A stretch of DNA of 64,000 bases from Chrysomallon squamiferum (GCA_012295275.1 CM022676.1:2480001-2544000); one strand, 5' to 3'. Counted from the stretch's first letter, positions 1-12,034 are shown. Notes: generated by a model from the sequence alone, not told the origin. Translations and numbers: made by a program.

Positions 1-5
1 TTTAG

Positions 6-356
6 GCAAACCAGACAACATCGAGATGCGTGTCATCCCATGGCACAGTGATGACTCTTACCACGTGAATGAAACAGTAGAATTTGTCTGCTCTGGAAAT
101 GTGGGGAAAGCGCCGCCGTCCAAGCCGTGGTGCTGGCAGTGGAAGTCTCCTGCCACGAACTCCACCTGGCTCTCCTACCCCTACCCTGACAGGCTAAACG
201 AGTACACGTACGAGGGTAGCGGGCTGACGAGTTGCGAACACAGACGAGGGTCGACATTAACACACATTGTGGAGAGAGATGAAGATGGCCGCATATTTCG
301 TTGTCTGGTTAATAACAGTGAAGTGTATTCTGACAGTTTCACCATATATGTGCGCG
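6..356 (+). CDS. Receptor A, C2-type Ig-domain exon (gene 5' end lies outside the window)
   Basis: tttag acceptor at 1-5 and G|gtatgt donor at 357, phase 1-1, open frame KPDNIEMRVIP...VEFVCSGNVGK...WCWQW...CEHRRGSTLTHIV...DGRIFRCLVNNSEVYSDSFTIYVR, showing the Ig B-strand Cys, Trp and F-strand DGxxFxC pattern. Confidence 0.88.
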
Positions 357-420
357 GTATGTGATATTACGGTCACCATATACCGTTTATATCACTGGCT
401 TCTTTGCTATTAACACGAAA

Positions 421-460
<40 letters not shown>

Positions 461-621
461 ACAAAATTATACATATGCACATACGTAGTGTATTCACATA
501 TACACACAAATACATACAAACATATATCATATATAATGTACGTATATGTATATGTGTATGCATGTATGTTTATATATATCTGTACATAGCATGTCTGTAT
601 GTCTATTTTTATTTCACTTAG

Positions 622-720
622 CCTTAACGACGCCATTGATTCATAAAAGCAAGATAATAAAAGCTGAGTCTAAATTAACATCGTCTACGTTCACAGCATT
701 GGTTGTTGTAGCCGCCGTAG
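622..720 (+). CDS. Truncated duplicate of the receptor A stalk/TM exon (possible in-frame 99-bp cassette exon)
   Basis: cacttag acceptor; ALTTPLIHKSKIIKAESKLTSSTFTALVVVAAV is nearly identical to the first part of 852-990; ends at G|gtacag, phase 1-1. Confidence 0.45.
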
Positions 721-851
721 GTACAGACGTAGTATATTCACATATACAAACATATGCACAGAAACATATATATAATGTATGTATAATCTGTATGTGTATT
801 TATGTATATGTATACATTTCATGTATGTTTGTCTATTTTTGTTTCACTTAG

Positions 852-990
852 ACTTAATAACCCCATCGATTCATGAAAGCAAGGTAATGAAAGCTGAATC
901 TACATTAACATCGTCTATGTTCATAGCATTGGTTGTCGTAGCCGCCATTTCATCTTTTTTACTGATTGTAGTCACCGTGTTATTTATCTG
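852..990 (+). CDS. Receptor A, stalk plus transmembrane exon
   Basis: cacttag acceptor and TG|gtacgt donor (phase 1-2); DLITPSIHESKVMKAESTLTSSMFIALVVVAAISSFLLIVVTVLFI contains a hydrophobic helix. Confidence 0.85.
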
Positions 991-1014
991 GTACGTGTAG
1001 TATCAATAATTACA

Positions 1015-1150
<136 letters not shown>

Positions 1151-1277
1151 GTTATATTTTATTATATTTTTTATTCACCAATTTCTTACATTTAATATAG
1201 TTTTTTATTATTATGCTGTCCATATTTTCCCCTTGTTTTTAGTTTTATATTATTTATTTATTTATTTATTCGTTCAG

Positions 1278-1404
1278 TTATTCCAGAAGTCAAAGAAAAA
1301 ATCGAGCGATCGCTGGTGCCACGGAAGAGAAAGGAGGAAAGTACGAGGCTGTTGAATCGAACGACTGTTATCAGCCGGATAATTCAACAAATGAATCAGT
1401 TTAA
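1278..1404 (+). CDS. Receptor A, terminal cytoplasmic exon
   Basis: ttcag acceptor in phase 2, matching the TM exon; reads (C)YSRSQRKNRAIAGATEEKGGKYEAVESNDCYQPDNSTNESV-TAA, with basic residues just after the TM; AATAAA at 2195-2200. Confidence 0.75.
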
Positions 1405-1529
1405 AATTACAGATCTGTTTCATATCAATACAAATTTGATTCATGGTATTATTGACGTTTTTCAGAATACTACTGATGCATTTCTACAACAATTAAATAT
1501 TTCTTAGCAAATCTGGCTCTTCATTACAT

Positions 1530-1870
1530 AGTGACGTATTTTATTATCTTACCTCTGTACTTCTTTACTTAGTGATACACTGATGTATTTCCTTACAGTA
1601 GTGATGTGTTGGAGTATTTCATAACAGTAGTGACTTCTGACGTATTTCATAGCAGTAATGATGCTTTGACGTATTTCCTTACTGAAGTGATGTAGCTCAT
1701 AACAGTCAGGATGTACTGACGTATTTCATGGCGACTTTTCTTACAGTAGTGATGCAATCATGGATTTTAATAATACTAGTGTAGAACTGACATATTTCAT
1801 AACAGTAGTAATATACTGACTTATTTTATAACAGTAGTGATGTACTGACGTAACTTTTTAATAAAGTGAC
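1530..1870. repeat. Degenerate ~29-bp minisatellite in the putative 3' UTR of receptor A
   Basis: Recurring gtagtgatgtactgacgtatttcataaca-like units. Confidence 0.75.
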
Positions 1871-3530
1871 GTTTTTTCAGGGTTTTTTATGGCTTTTGAT
1901 GCATTCATTACACTTGTGACATGTACATTTATAGTATGAACTATTTTATAACATTGTTTGTGTATTGATATACAGTACAGACGTGTTAACAACAACATCT
2001 GATATTATTAACGTATTTCATAACACCACGTATTTCTCAAAACTGCTTGTATATTTCATTACCCTAATGGTTAATTTCTTAATGATACGTATGCATTTAT
2101 AGAAGTGACTAAAGTATATCATAAACTAAAATAGTGAACAAGATAATGCAAAATGCTAGTGTTATACAAACTGTTTTTGCAGTTTTCTTGTAGAAATAAA
2201 AATACGCATCAAAAACAGTTGCAATTACAATTTTACTAATTCCTTATTAATTGTCGATTTAAAGTGGCAACACTGATTTCTTTAACATTGAGATACTCAT
2301 TTCTCATTTTGCTTGTGTATTATATAAGTATGTTTGTATGTACGTATGTATATATATATGTATGTCTGTTGTATACTTTGTCTGTATGTGTCTGTATGCA
2401 TATGTGTGTGTGTATATATAGATATATATATGCGCTTTGCTTCCATGCATATATGTAATATGCAAAGGTAAACCCATTTATAATAATAGTTGTTCTGATT
2501 TAAAACACATACAAAAGTAGTAATCAAAGTAAATTCGTTGTTATTTACATAAAATAAATTAATTTTTGTTAAATCTATAAAAACTAAATTTAGGTACACA
2601 AAGAAATCATCCAAATCCAAATAAAGAGAGACGTAAGATAAGGAGAAACTATTATCACTGAAGCTAATTAGGGCAAAACAGGAAAACACGTTTCGAAACA
2701 TTAATTGGGTAAAAGGTATGAGAACAGACTTAGAGTAGGTCAGTCACCTTCCTATCGCTGGTTATTACTACATGGAGACAGACATGTGAAATGATGTTGG
2801 AGTTAGCTGATGAAAGAGCAAGATGACGACATAAAAAGAGCTGATCGAAGAAAAAATTATTTTTATAAAACTGCATCCTAATATATATCAGCAAACTGGA
2901 GACAGAGAAAATTTCACGCTACACCTGCCTGGGACAGAGATGGAGAACCAGCGTCAAAATTCAACAGAAAATGATTCTAAGAATCTCACAACATTAGAGA
3001 AACACGACGTCAAGAGATTTTTTGGAATCTGTTTTTCTTTTCTTTTTTCTTTTAGTAACAAATCTAGAACGTACACGTAATACAAAAAAAAAATGATTAA
3101 CCTCGAGGAATCACGCCTACTAACTAAACAGACAAAGATCGAAATATCAGCCATACCGACACACATAGAAATATGAACGCTAAACATTAACATTATGTAC
3201 TGAAAAACAGCACAGTGGAACACACGACGATGTGAAATCGATGTTGTGAGTTTTTACCCAATAACAAGACACTAGACTTGCATGATGATGATTAGTATGA
3301 TGATGATCAGGAGGGGAGGATAATTATCTTTTACTCAATTTACAAAAAACAAATTCGTTCAGTTTACATAAAGTTTGCCAGTGAATGCTGTAGCGATTAG
3401 TATCACTTTGGCTAACTACTAATATGAATGCAACTACACACGTCATCACAGAAAATACAAACCACGTGATCGTATACACAGAACTAACTAACATAAACAT
3501 ACAGCTATGTTTTGAACACAGAGCCACTTA

Positions 3531-3801
3531 TTAATTGTGATTTAATTCCTCGTACAGTTGTTGTGATATCATCGTGGGAATAATTCGATTATTTTCCTCT
3601 TCACAGTCATATTGCCTGGCGTCATCAGGCCGTCTTTGTTGCAGTGCGTCACATGGTCCGACTCCATTATCATATCGTGGCCCTTGATTTACCTTATCTC
3701 TTTTGTTTTCCGACTCATAACTGGTTGATCCATTTTCCATTTCGTTCTGTTCACTAGATTTATTTACTTCCTTTCTACGTTCAGAACTGCTTCTTACACA
3801 G
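3531..3801 (-). CDS. Terminal cytoplasmic exon with four tyrosines, ending QLYEELNHN
   Basis: ctaag acceptor in phase 2, matching the TM exon at 4024-4099; open frame CVRSSSERRKEVNKSSEQNEMENGSTSYESE...RYDNG...QYDCE...QLYEELNHN-TAA. Confidence 0.75.
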
Positions 3802-4023
3802 CTTAGATATTACAAAATAAATCTTAATAAACGAATTTAATAAGAACCTGAAATAGTACATATAGACAGACTAGTACACAGGGAAACAGATACGCAGACT
3901 AGTACACACAAAGACGGTTAGATTAGTGCACAGATAGACAGACAGTCTAGTAGATGCAGGTTCAGAGAGACAGATACGTAGACTGACAAATATACAGACA
4001 GACATAGCATTCGACAGACTTAC

Positions 4024-4099
4024 ACGCAGAAGATGACGCTGACTACCGCGAGTAACACAGACGAGATTACAGCAACAGCAATTGTGAGAAATGTGACCA
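4024..4099 (-). CDS. Transmembrane exon
   Basis: ttttcag acceptor and GT|gtaagt donor; VTFLTIAVAVISSVLLAVVSVIFCV; paralogous to the TM exons at 7.5, 41.4 and 45.2 kb. Confidence 0.8.
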
Positions 4100-4361
4100 C
4101 TGAAAATCAGTTAATATTGTTACTAAATCTCTAATGCAATAAACCACGGTAATACGTCGTCCACAGGTAAAGGAAAATGCTATTACAATAGTCGACTCTT
4201 AAATTATTTTCAATATATGCATTCATTTTTGTTAAAACGATCAAGGATTCAAAGTTAAACACTGGCGTAGGCTTTATTTTCATAAATAATTATTATTCGC
4301 CTTATCATTTTTTGTTCACATTTCGATTGCAGTATTTATACATATTTATAATATATAACAA

Positions 4362-4362
<1 letters not shown>

Positions 4363-4447
<85 letters not shown>
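4363..4447. repeat. (TAC)n(TAA)n compound microsatellite
   Basis: Read directly; (AAT)n tracts also lie at ~13314-13410 and 21886-21952. Confidence 0.95.
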
Positions 4448-4449
<2 letters not shown>

Positions 4450-4499
4450 CAATATGGTGATATGTAGAATAGTAAAATAACAAGGAAAATAAAACACAG

Positions 4500-4835
4500 G
4501 ATGTGTGATGATGGTAAAGTTTGCAGAATACATCTCCTTGTTACCCACAATGCATCTGAACATTGGTGCGTTGTCATTGAGAGATACAGTATGATTTAAA
4601 ACAGAACTTTCTCTGTTCTCACACCCAGATAGTCTAGGTGGGTCATCTTTGATTCTGTCTGTGTATGGATACGACATCCACAACATCCTACAAGGTTACT
4701 TCCAGTACCACGATCATCACTATGCTGGGTTACAAACATGTCCATTACACCTGAATTCTACAGTAATTCGGAAACAATGTACGCATTGAAAATCCCTTTT
4801 GGTGTAACGATCACTTCAATTTCACTTCGCTTTGC
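4500..4835 (-). pseudogene. Disabled C2-type Ig exon
   Basis: Homologous to 16474-16806 and 6-356 (SYPYTDRI...GCENRESSVLNHTV...MFRCIVGN), but with a frameshift, in-frame TAG TGA TGA and TAA stops, and a lost donor. Confidence 0.85.
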
Positions 4836-4939
4836 TTAAATTGATACATGCTTTACTGTAATTTTGTTTCCACATAAAGGTTTACTTCTTTTCATTTTTG
4901 ATTTGTTTTGTTTTGATTTTGTTTTAATTATTAAAGTGA

Positions 4940-5087
4940 AGTGTACCGGAGTTGTTGATATTTTTTCTCTTCAGTGACACAGAATTAGGTACATCAACAC
5001 GACTGATGTTACCAATACTACATCTGACAGTCCCAGGAAATCCTTCATGTACACGAAGTGGATTTACTCTCATTTGTGCGGCTTTAG
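4940..5087 (-). pseudogene. Truncated V-like Ig exon
   Basis: ttacag acceptor then AKAAQMRVNPLRVHEGFPGTVRCSIGNISRVDVPNSVSLKRKNINNSG; internally deleted and lacking the 3' half relative to 9062-9463. Confidence 0.8.
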
Positions 5088-5470
5088 CTGTAACTAAAAT
5101 GCATAAACAAACAACGTATAAAATCCGATGGTTGTTATAACACTATTTATTTCTTGAACAATGTAATATGTGTGATTACCCGAAATGACAGAAAATTCCA
5201 AGCAAGTGAGTGAACATCATGACGAGCCATAAGAAAAGTGACTAAAGTTCTGTCTACAATACCACACCACTCAAGTGTCAGTGTAAATCTTTACTTAAAC
5301 TCAAATCAAATGATTACACAAACTGCACATGAAGATGAACCTGAATGTTAAGCAGAGACACGTTTCAGATCCTTAACATGATATATTTTATAGTAAGTCA
5401 CTTGTTTTTTTTAACACAAATAACCTAATACTCAGTCTGAGTTATATGATAGGAACCAGCACCTTTTCTC

Positions 5471-5617
5471 TTATTTAGTGTGTGCGAGTCTTGAGTAAAC
5501 CAGCTGGCACAGTGGAACAGGACTCATTACAGGTGGACTACCAGATTCTGAAACTAAATCAATCGTGGCTGACATATCAGAATCCAGTTCACTGTTCAAC
5601 TCGTCTGGATCTTGTTT
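5471..5617 (-). pseudogene. Cytoplasmic-tail exon relic with canonical ITIM LVYSRL (copy 1)
   Basis: Open frame KQDPDELNSELDSDMSATIDLVSESGSPPVMSPVPLCQLVYSRLAHTK-TAA, ITIM at 5486-5503; the same frame from the nearby tgtcag phase-2 acceptor carries TAA and TAG stops. Confidence 0.6.
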
Positions 5618-6038
5618 CTAGCGTGACTTTGTGACTGCTGCTTGTTACAAGTTCCTGACAGGTGCATTTTACTTATTTCCGTGTATCTATAACATGAAGT
5701 CCAACGGATGGTTGGCAAACTGGATATGGCAGAAACAAGGTCATCCCCGTTTTCTATCTCTCTTGGCAAAGACTACGATTTGTAAGTTAATTGGCCTTTA
5801 CATCCAAACATATATAAAGAAAAATTCACCATTCATTGTAAATATTTCACTGTATCTTTAACTGTAGTTCATTTATATCTCAATATTTTATCACTAAGCT
5901 GAGACAAAATCAAAATCTTTGAATAATGAACAAAAAGTAATAATAAAATAATGTATTCTGCTACTAAACTAAGTAATTAAATGTAATTATTAAAATATAA
6001 AATTCATACATCAAAAGTAAAGTGAAATCAAGTCTTAC

Positions 6039-6160
6039 TTTGAGTGGTGATGGTAAAGTTTGCAGAATACAGCTCGTTGTTACCCACAATGCATCTGAAC
6101 ATTCGTGTGTTCTCACTGAGAGATACAGTGTGTGTTAAAAGAGAATTTCCTCTATTCTCT
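6039..6160 (-). pseudogene. 3' fragment of a C2-type Ig exon
   Basis: ENRGNSLLTHTVSLSENTRMFRCIVGNNELYSANFTITTQ followed by an A|gtaagac donor; 5' part missing. Confidence 0.8.
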
Positions 6161-6704
6161 ATTGTGATTTTCAGTAATTCTATAAACTTTTTAAAAATAA
6201 TTGTTCTGTTAAAAATGTTCGTTTTTAGTATTTTATATGTTTTTATCTGCTGTCAGATTTTAAACAATCATAAATAAGAGAAATAAAATTGCTGAAGTAC
6301 ATCACCAAATCATATTATATAAAAATCACGCCTTCACTTATTTTCAATGGTAATTTTAGAAAATCAATTATAACAAACGACATTTTTCACATACATCAAA
6401 CGCGTTTATCTAATATTATAAACTCTTCCCTTACTTTGTTATATAATAAGTAATAACAAAAATCAAGTTTTTCGAATGTATCTATGTTGATTAAGTTTTA
6501 TAAGTTTGTCTTTGTTTCTACACTGAAACCCACATATCCATGAAAATATGTACTACAGATAATATTTTAAAAGTAAATGTGGCATCTCAAGAAAAAAAGT
6601 GATAAGACAAGCTGGGGATTCCACACCCCAAGTTTCACTTTCATTTACATTGAGATAATAGGAAAGGAACTTGAAACTTTGCTCTTCCTTTATACAATCT
6701 CCTT

Positions 6705-6885
6705 CTTAATATTAATTATACTACAAACACTACACATATAAAATAAATGGCATTATTAATATTAATTATACTACAAATAATACAGATTTAAAATAAATGG
6801 CATTGTTAATATTAATTATATTACAAACAATACACATATAAAATAAATCACCTTATTAATATTAATTATACTACAAATATAAAGA
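6705..6885. repeat. ~50-bp AT-rich tandem repeat (about 4 copies)
   Basis: taatattaattatactacaaac...aaaataaat units starting at ~6707, 6757, 6807 and 6857; paralogous copies at ~18480-18600. Confidence 0.8.
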
Positions 6886-7487
6886 ACAAACAATACATAT
6901 ATAAAATAAATCTAATTTGTAAAATTAATGATTCTAAGAATATAAAACTGCAAGCAATGCAGATATAAAATAAATCTCCTGGCTACTATTAATTCTACTA
7001 CACATTTAAAACACCAAATAATGCAGACATAAAATAAATATTGTTGATAATGTTAATTATACTACAAAGACAAAACATGAAAACGAAACAGACAAAACTT
7101 TAAGAAAAAATAATAAAAAATTAGCCCTCCACTACTGAAAATATGAATCTCGTGATGGTTTATTAAGAATTATTTAACATAAAAACAACCATAGGTTTGA
7201 CATCTTCGATATATAAGACACGGAATTTTTGAGGTTAAATACATATATAGATTTAGGTATACATATAGATAGAGAGATACATAGATAGATGTAATTACGT
7301 GAGAAGTATGTATGTCTAATTTATCTATGTATTTATTTATCTGTACACATATATATCCATATATATATATATATATATATATGTATATTTGGATATGTAA
7401 GGAAAAATACGAACAGACAGACAGACATGTTGGTAGACTACTGTAGAGAGGAAAAGATAGACAACACTGCTTCACCGTTTCACAGAC

Positions 7488-7648
7488 TTATGCGACGAAG
7501 AAAACGCTGACTACGACGAGTAACACAGAAGAGACTACAGCAACAGCAGTTACAGCAGTTTTGTTACATTCACAATCGGTTGTATTTCCTTTTACAGTCG
7601 ATGACTCAGCAATCTCTGTAGACTTTGTAGATGGCTTGAAAGATGTTC
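7488..7648 (-). CDS. Receptor B, stalk plus TM terminal exon (tailless)
   Basis: ttatag acceptor in phase 1; TSFKPSTKSTEIAESSTVKGNTTDCECNKTAVTAVAVVSSVLLVVVSVFFVA-TAA; the donor seen in paralogues (gtaagt) is ataagt here, so the frame reads into a stop. Confidence 0.72.
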
Positions 7649-9061
7649 CTATAATTAATTATTATAAAACAAGTCAATACCATCCATGAATATACTATCA
7701 CAATAATTGACTCATATAATTGTTTAGTCCGTGTAGTCAAATTAATTTTCAACTTCAAGGTAAACAAAATCAACTTCACTGTAAAGATGTGTTGACAAAA
7801 TAATTATTTAAGACGTTACATATATAGATTGTATTATCTTTATTTTTACAGCTATTCTCATTATTACATCTAAATCTTATAAATTTAGGAGTAACTGTAA
7901 AGCTTACTAAGCGGTATAAACCACGAGTTTCAAACTTGTAAAGTTATCAGCATCAAATATCATAAAATAAAGATATCGTAGTATCTATAATGCAGACTAA
8001 AATACAAAAATGTCATATTACTATTAATACCAACACTTACTTTCAGTGTAAAATAAACACAAAGCCTATGAAAAAAAAAACACATAAATAAATAAATAAA
8101 AATTACAAATCAACATGGGAAAATTTACAAATAGACTACCTCGTTTGATGAGCTTTTCTGTAATATAAAAACACAAAAAGTGTTGAGAAATAAATGATTA
8201 TGAATTTTTTTTTACTTCCTGAGGTAAATGTTAAAATATTTATGTTGTAATAGACATTATTGTGCACGGTCAACACACTACAAAAATATAAATCCGTCAT
8301 TTCACAATTATCTTTACCCGATGAATAACACAGCAATAATTAGATTGATTCATACGATATTATGTATACGTCAGCACCAATTGAAATCTAATTCTTTATG
8401 ATCTACTGTCCTGGTACGTTCAAGTTACATTTTATACTGAAATGAGTCAGCATTAACATTGTTTATACATAAACAAGACGCTACTTTTCATTTATAAAAA
8501 ATAAAAATGAGATTTAGAAATAAAATAATTATTACTTTTATATTGATACAGCATACAAACAAACAAGAAAGCAGAAACACATGCAGAAGTGCATAGATGA
8601 CGTGAAACCTGCATACTGCAGAAAGATGCTTAGCTGCAGTGATTAACAGAAAAATGGAAAGAAAGTAACACAATACACTTGATATATATAGATATAGATA
8701 GATGAATTTTGAATTAAATACAAATATACTGTTTTTCGAATAATTTTGAAAAGTAATTGTTTGTGTTGAACATTTTCTTTCTCGGTTATTGACTCAGATA
8801 TTTTTACACAAATACAAATAACAGACGTAAAATACATAAACATTTCACTTTATCTGAAATGGCATCTTCACTTACTTTCTCTAGTAATGTTCTATAATCA
8901 GTAATAGAACAAGTTAATTCACCCAAATACGTCAACAACTAATATTATATATAACCAACTTTTAACTTCCTTTCGTTGATAATGTTACATAATCAACAAG
9001 AACAGAAATTAAATTCCTAAATGCACGACAACTCATAAAAAAAAATCATGTTTTCACTTAC

Positions 9062-9463
9062 TTAGAATGGTGATGTTATCAGAACTTTCAGAGAAATGTG
9101 GACTACCAGCAAGTGTGATATAACCAATTCCACAGAAATATTCTCCTGAATCAATGCAAGTCATTCCTGTCACTTGAATCTGGACAAAAGATCCTGATTT
9201 GTCATTGTTGTCAGACTTTCCTGTCACTGTCGCTCTAGATCCAAAGTTGTTTACATCTTTTAAAACAGCTTTACCTCCATTGTTTATAGTGATAGCAGAA
9301 GCTATCGTAACACTAGTACTGGGATTGCTGAGAAGTTTTCTGCTCACTGATACAGAATTAAGGAAATCAACCTGACTCATGATGTTACCAAGACTACATC
9401 TGACTGTGACAGGAACTCCTTCATAAACAGGACGTGGGCTGATTGTGAGTTGTGCGGCTTCAC
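9062..9463 (-). CDS. Receptor B, V-like Ig-domain exon (intact, 402 bp)
   Basis: ttacag acceptor and A|gtaagt donor, phase 1-1; GEAAQLTISPRPVYEGVPVTVRCSLG...SFVQIQVTGMTCIDSGEYFCGIGY...NITIL with the DxGxYxC motif; lacks the C-strand Trp. Confidence 0.9.
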
Positions 9464-10485
9464 CTGTAAGTAAACATGTACAAAGAAATAACTTTAAAAT
9501 GTAGTAAACGTTTTCAATGTCAATGTTATATATTTCTTAATCTGAATAATACGTTTATCATATAAATCAGAAGAAAACATTTAATTTTAATTTAATGAGT
9601 TTCCTTCCATATTTCAAATATTTCATCACATAATGTACCGAAACTGAAGAATCTTTGAAAGTTAAATTCATAGAATAAAAGATTAGTAATGTATTTAAAT
9701 AAATTTAAAGCACTAAATTTGAAAGAAAAAAAATTGAAACAATAATATTCTCAAGAGATTGTTTAAAATGCAAAAGGCTAATAATAGAATAAAAACATTT
9801 TTCGAAATAAAATGTAAATGAAAACATAGCATTTAAGAGGAAAGTATAATGGACGAGAGTAATATGATTATATTTCCACACACGCCGATACACTCAGAGA
9901 GATAGAGAAAAGGACAGACAGACAGAGAGACACAGCCATGCACACAATACAAATATATTTCACATATATTTTAAAAATATATTATATAATGTAACGGTCT
10001 GAATGTTGGTATAAATATACTGCAATATCAGTCAGATAACATCGCATGTACCTGAAGCAGATACATTTTGATAGAGATAATCAGCTACAAATATAACACA
10101 ATCATTCCAGAACTAAAAATATATGGCACCCAACACTGCACTTATCCAAACTAAAAATCATTTATAAACCTGTTTATAAAATACTTCCTGGTCTAGTCAA
10201 TATGTAATATGTCAATATACAATAGTAATACAAAAGTAAAAGTCAGTGTTAAACTGGTAAACAAAATATACAGAAACACACCCAGACATCCAAACACACA
10301 CACACATCCACTCACGTGTATATGATATACATTACAAACAATCAGTTAGATAAGATAGAATGATAAATAAAATTAATTTGTTAAACGCATTAATAAAAAA
10401 AAAAGACACTTCCTGTATTTCTCGATAGATCAAAACCGAAGACTTGTATTTAGAGATAAACAAATACAAATTAAGTAAAACTCAC

Positions 10486-10540
10486 CAGTTGAAGTCAGTG
10501 TTAAACTTGTTAACAAAATAACAGTCATTACTGTGGACAT
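10486..10540 (-). CDS. Receptor B, signal-peptide exon
   Basis: ATG...G|gtgagt, 55 bp, phase 1; MSTVMTVILLTSLTLTSTG joins EAAQ in the V exon. Confidence 0.82.
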
Positions 10541-10624
10541 GATTAAACAATCTAAGAAAAATTTAAATGAAGAAATCTAACAGCGAGCTACTCCCTAGTT
10601 ACTTTGTACAGGTTGTAAATTATG

Positions 10625-10636
10625 GGTCACGTGACC
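10625..10636. promoter_or_regulatory. Palindromic E-box GGTCACGTGACC about 85 bp upstream of the leader ATG
   Basis: Perfect 12-bp palindrome; the paralogous upstream regions carry GGTCATGTGAC (~12789, ~15083, ~43638). Confidence 0.45.
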
Positions 10637-11984
10637 AGTGAGATAAAGAAACTACACCCTCTGTGAATCTTGTCTCCCATCTTCTACCGAAAATTTCACA
10701 AATTAAATCGGCTCTTTAACCGTGAGTTAGTTTTTAAAAAGTAATTAATCTTGATAAACTGTTGAATGGTGCGGACATTCTGACATACTTGTTAGACACA
10801 CAACAGCAGATGATATTGTCTTATTTTAAACAGAGGGCGCTAGTCACACTCTGGATGAAAGCAGATACAAAACAACATAAAATGAAGGAGAGAAGAAAAC
10901 CAAAGGAAAGAAAGAAGAACGTTAAAGCAAGAAGAAACAGAAAAGAGATTACCTTTATATGTATAATTTATTTATGTTTTAAAAATATTATAACTAATGA
11001 CTGTTCTCCACTGTTAAATAATTTCAAATCTCAGTATAAATAACAATGTCCTATCCATAGTTCAAATTTCACATTAAAACACACATTCCAAAAAAAAAAA
11101 ACATCACGGGGAATTTGTTGCTTCGCTAGTTTGTTTTTTAAAAAAGCAAACAAGAATTGGAAATCTTTAAAATGTTGATCATAATATGATCAATATTTTT
11201 AAAAATCTTCAGAGTAGCGTTCTGTTAATTCAATTTTAAACAAATTTTTATGGTAAGGTGAGGATATTTTGTTTAATTAAAATTAAATTTAATATTTCTT
11301 AAATGGTAGAGATTTAAGATTTAAGATTTAAGAAAAACATAGTTAATGTAAAGATGCACCAATTAAATCACTAAAAAGAATAAGTAAAAATTATAAATAT
11401 AAATAAAAATTAGTGAATTAATGAAACGGAACAAAAAGTATTTAAAATAATACATTAAATAAAAAACACACATAAAAGAACGATCAGAGCGTCTCATCAA
11501 TAAGGGAAATAAAAAAAAGCTTTTATAACTTTTTCTTCCTTTCTTTCTTTCTTTCTTTATTTATTATTTTACTTAAATAGGACGTGGGCTGATTGTGGGC
11601 TGTAAATAAAACATGTTTAAACAAACCACTTCAAAATCTAATAAACATGCACTTCATCATCATTATTTATATTTTAAACATATTCATTAATTAACTATTC
11701 ATTATCCGACTAGGAAATAATTAAAATTGTCCACGTTAACTTACTCATTACGGTTCATATTTCAAATATTTCTGACCTTAAGATGATGTAAAGAAATAAT
11801 TTTTGACGTAGGATTCAGTGAAAACAAAATCACTAATACTTCTCAACAAATGTATAGACGAGACCGCATGTATATTAGATGGTAACAATTAGATAAAAGA
11901 GAATGATAAGTAAAACTGAGCTGTTACATTTGTTAATGAAACACTTCCTGGATTCCGATAGAGATCAAAACTCAATCCTAGATT

Positions 11985-12034
11985 TGGAAGTCAACGTCAA
12001 ACTTGTTAATAAAATAACAGATTATTGTGGACAT
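11985..12034 (-). pseudogene. Degenerate leader-exon copy
   Basis: Similar to 10486-10540 but with a 2-bp deletion and no donor. Confidence 0.6.

Noticed and set aside
2680-3050. Slightly GC-richer block with acgtttcg and ctgatga motifs and an open stretch ELIEEKIIFIKLHPNIYQ..., loosely like a Penelope GIY-YIG end or hammerhead ribozyme
   Set aside because: No complete hammerhead stems and no catalytic or RT motifs visible; too degenerate to call without a Dfam search
3531-3560. QLYEEL (also KYEAV, NLYENL and EMYENL) as ITIMs
   Set aside because: The residue at Y-2 is Q, G, N or E rather than I, V, L or S, so they are reported only as YxxL/V motifs
9062-9463. Calling these genes FREPs or VIgLs, or giving a gene symbol such as nephrin or CD79B
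   Set aside because: No fibrinogen or lectin exon was found in the window, and the similarities are at motif level only; orthology cannot be established from the sequence alone
9062-10540. V(D)J-like somatic rearrangement of the V exons
   Set aside because: The V exons are complete through the G strand with normal splice donors; no J segments or heptamer-nonamer signals were seen by eye
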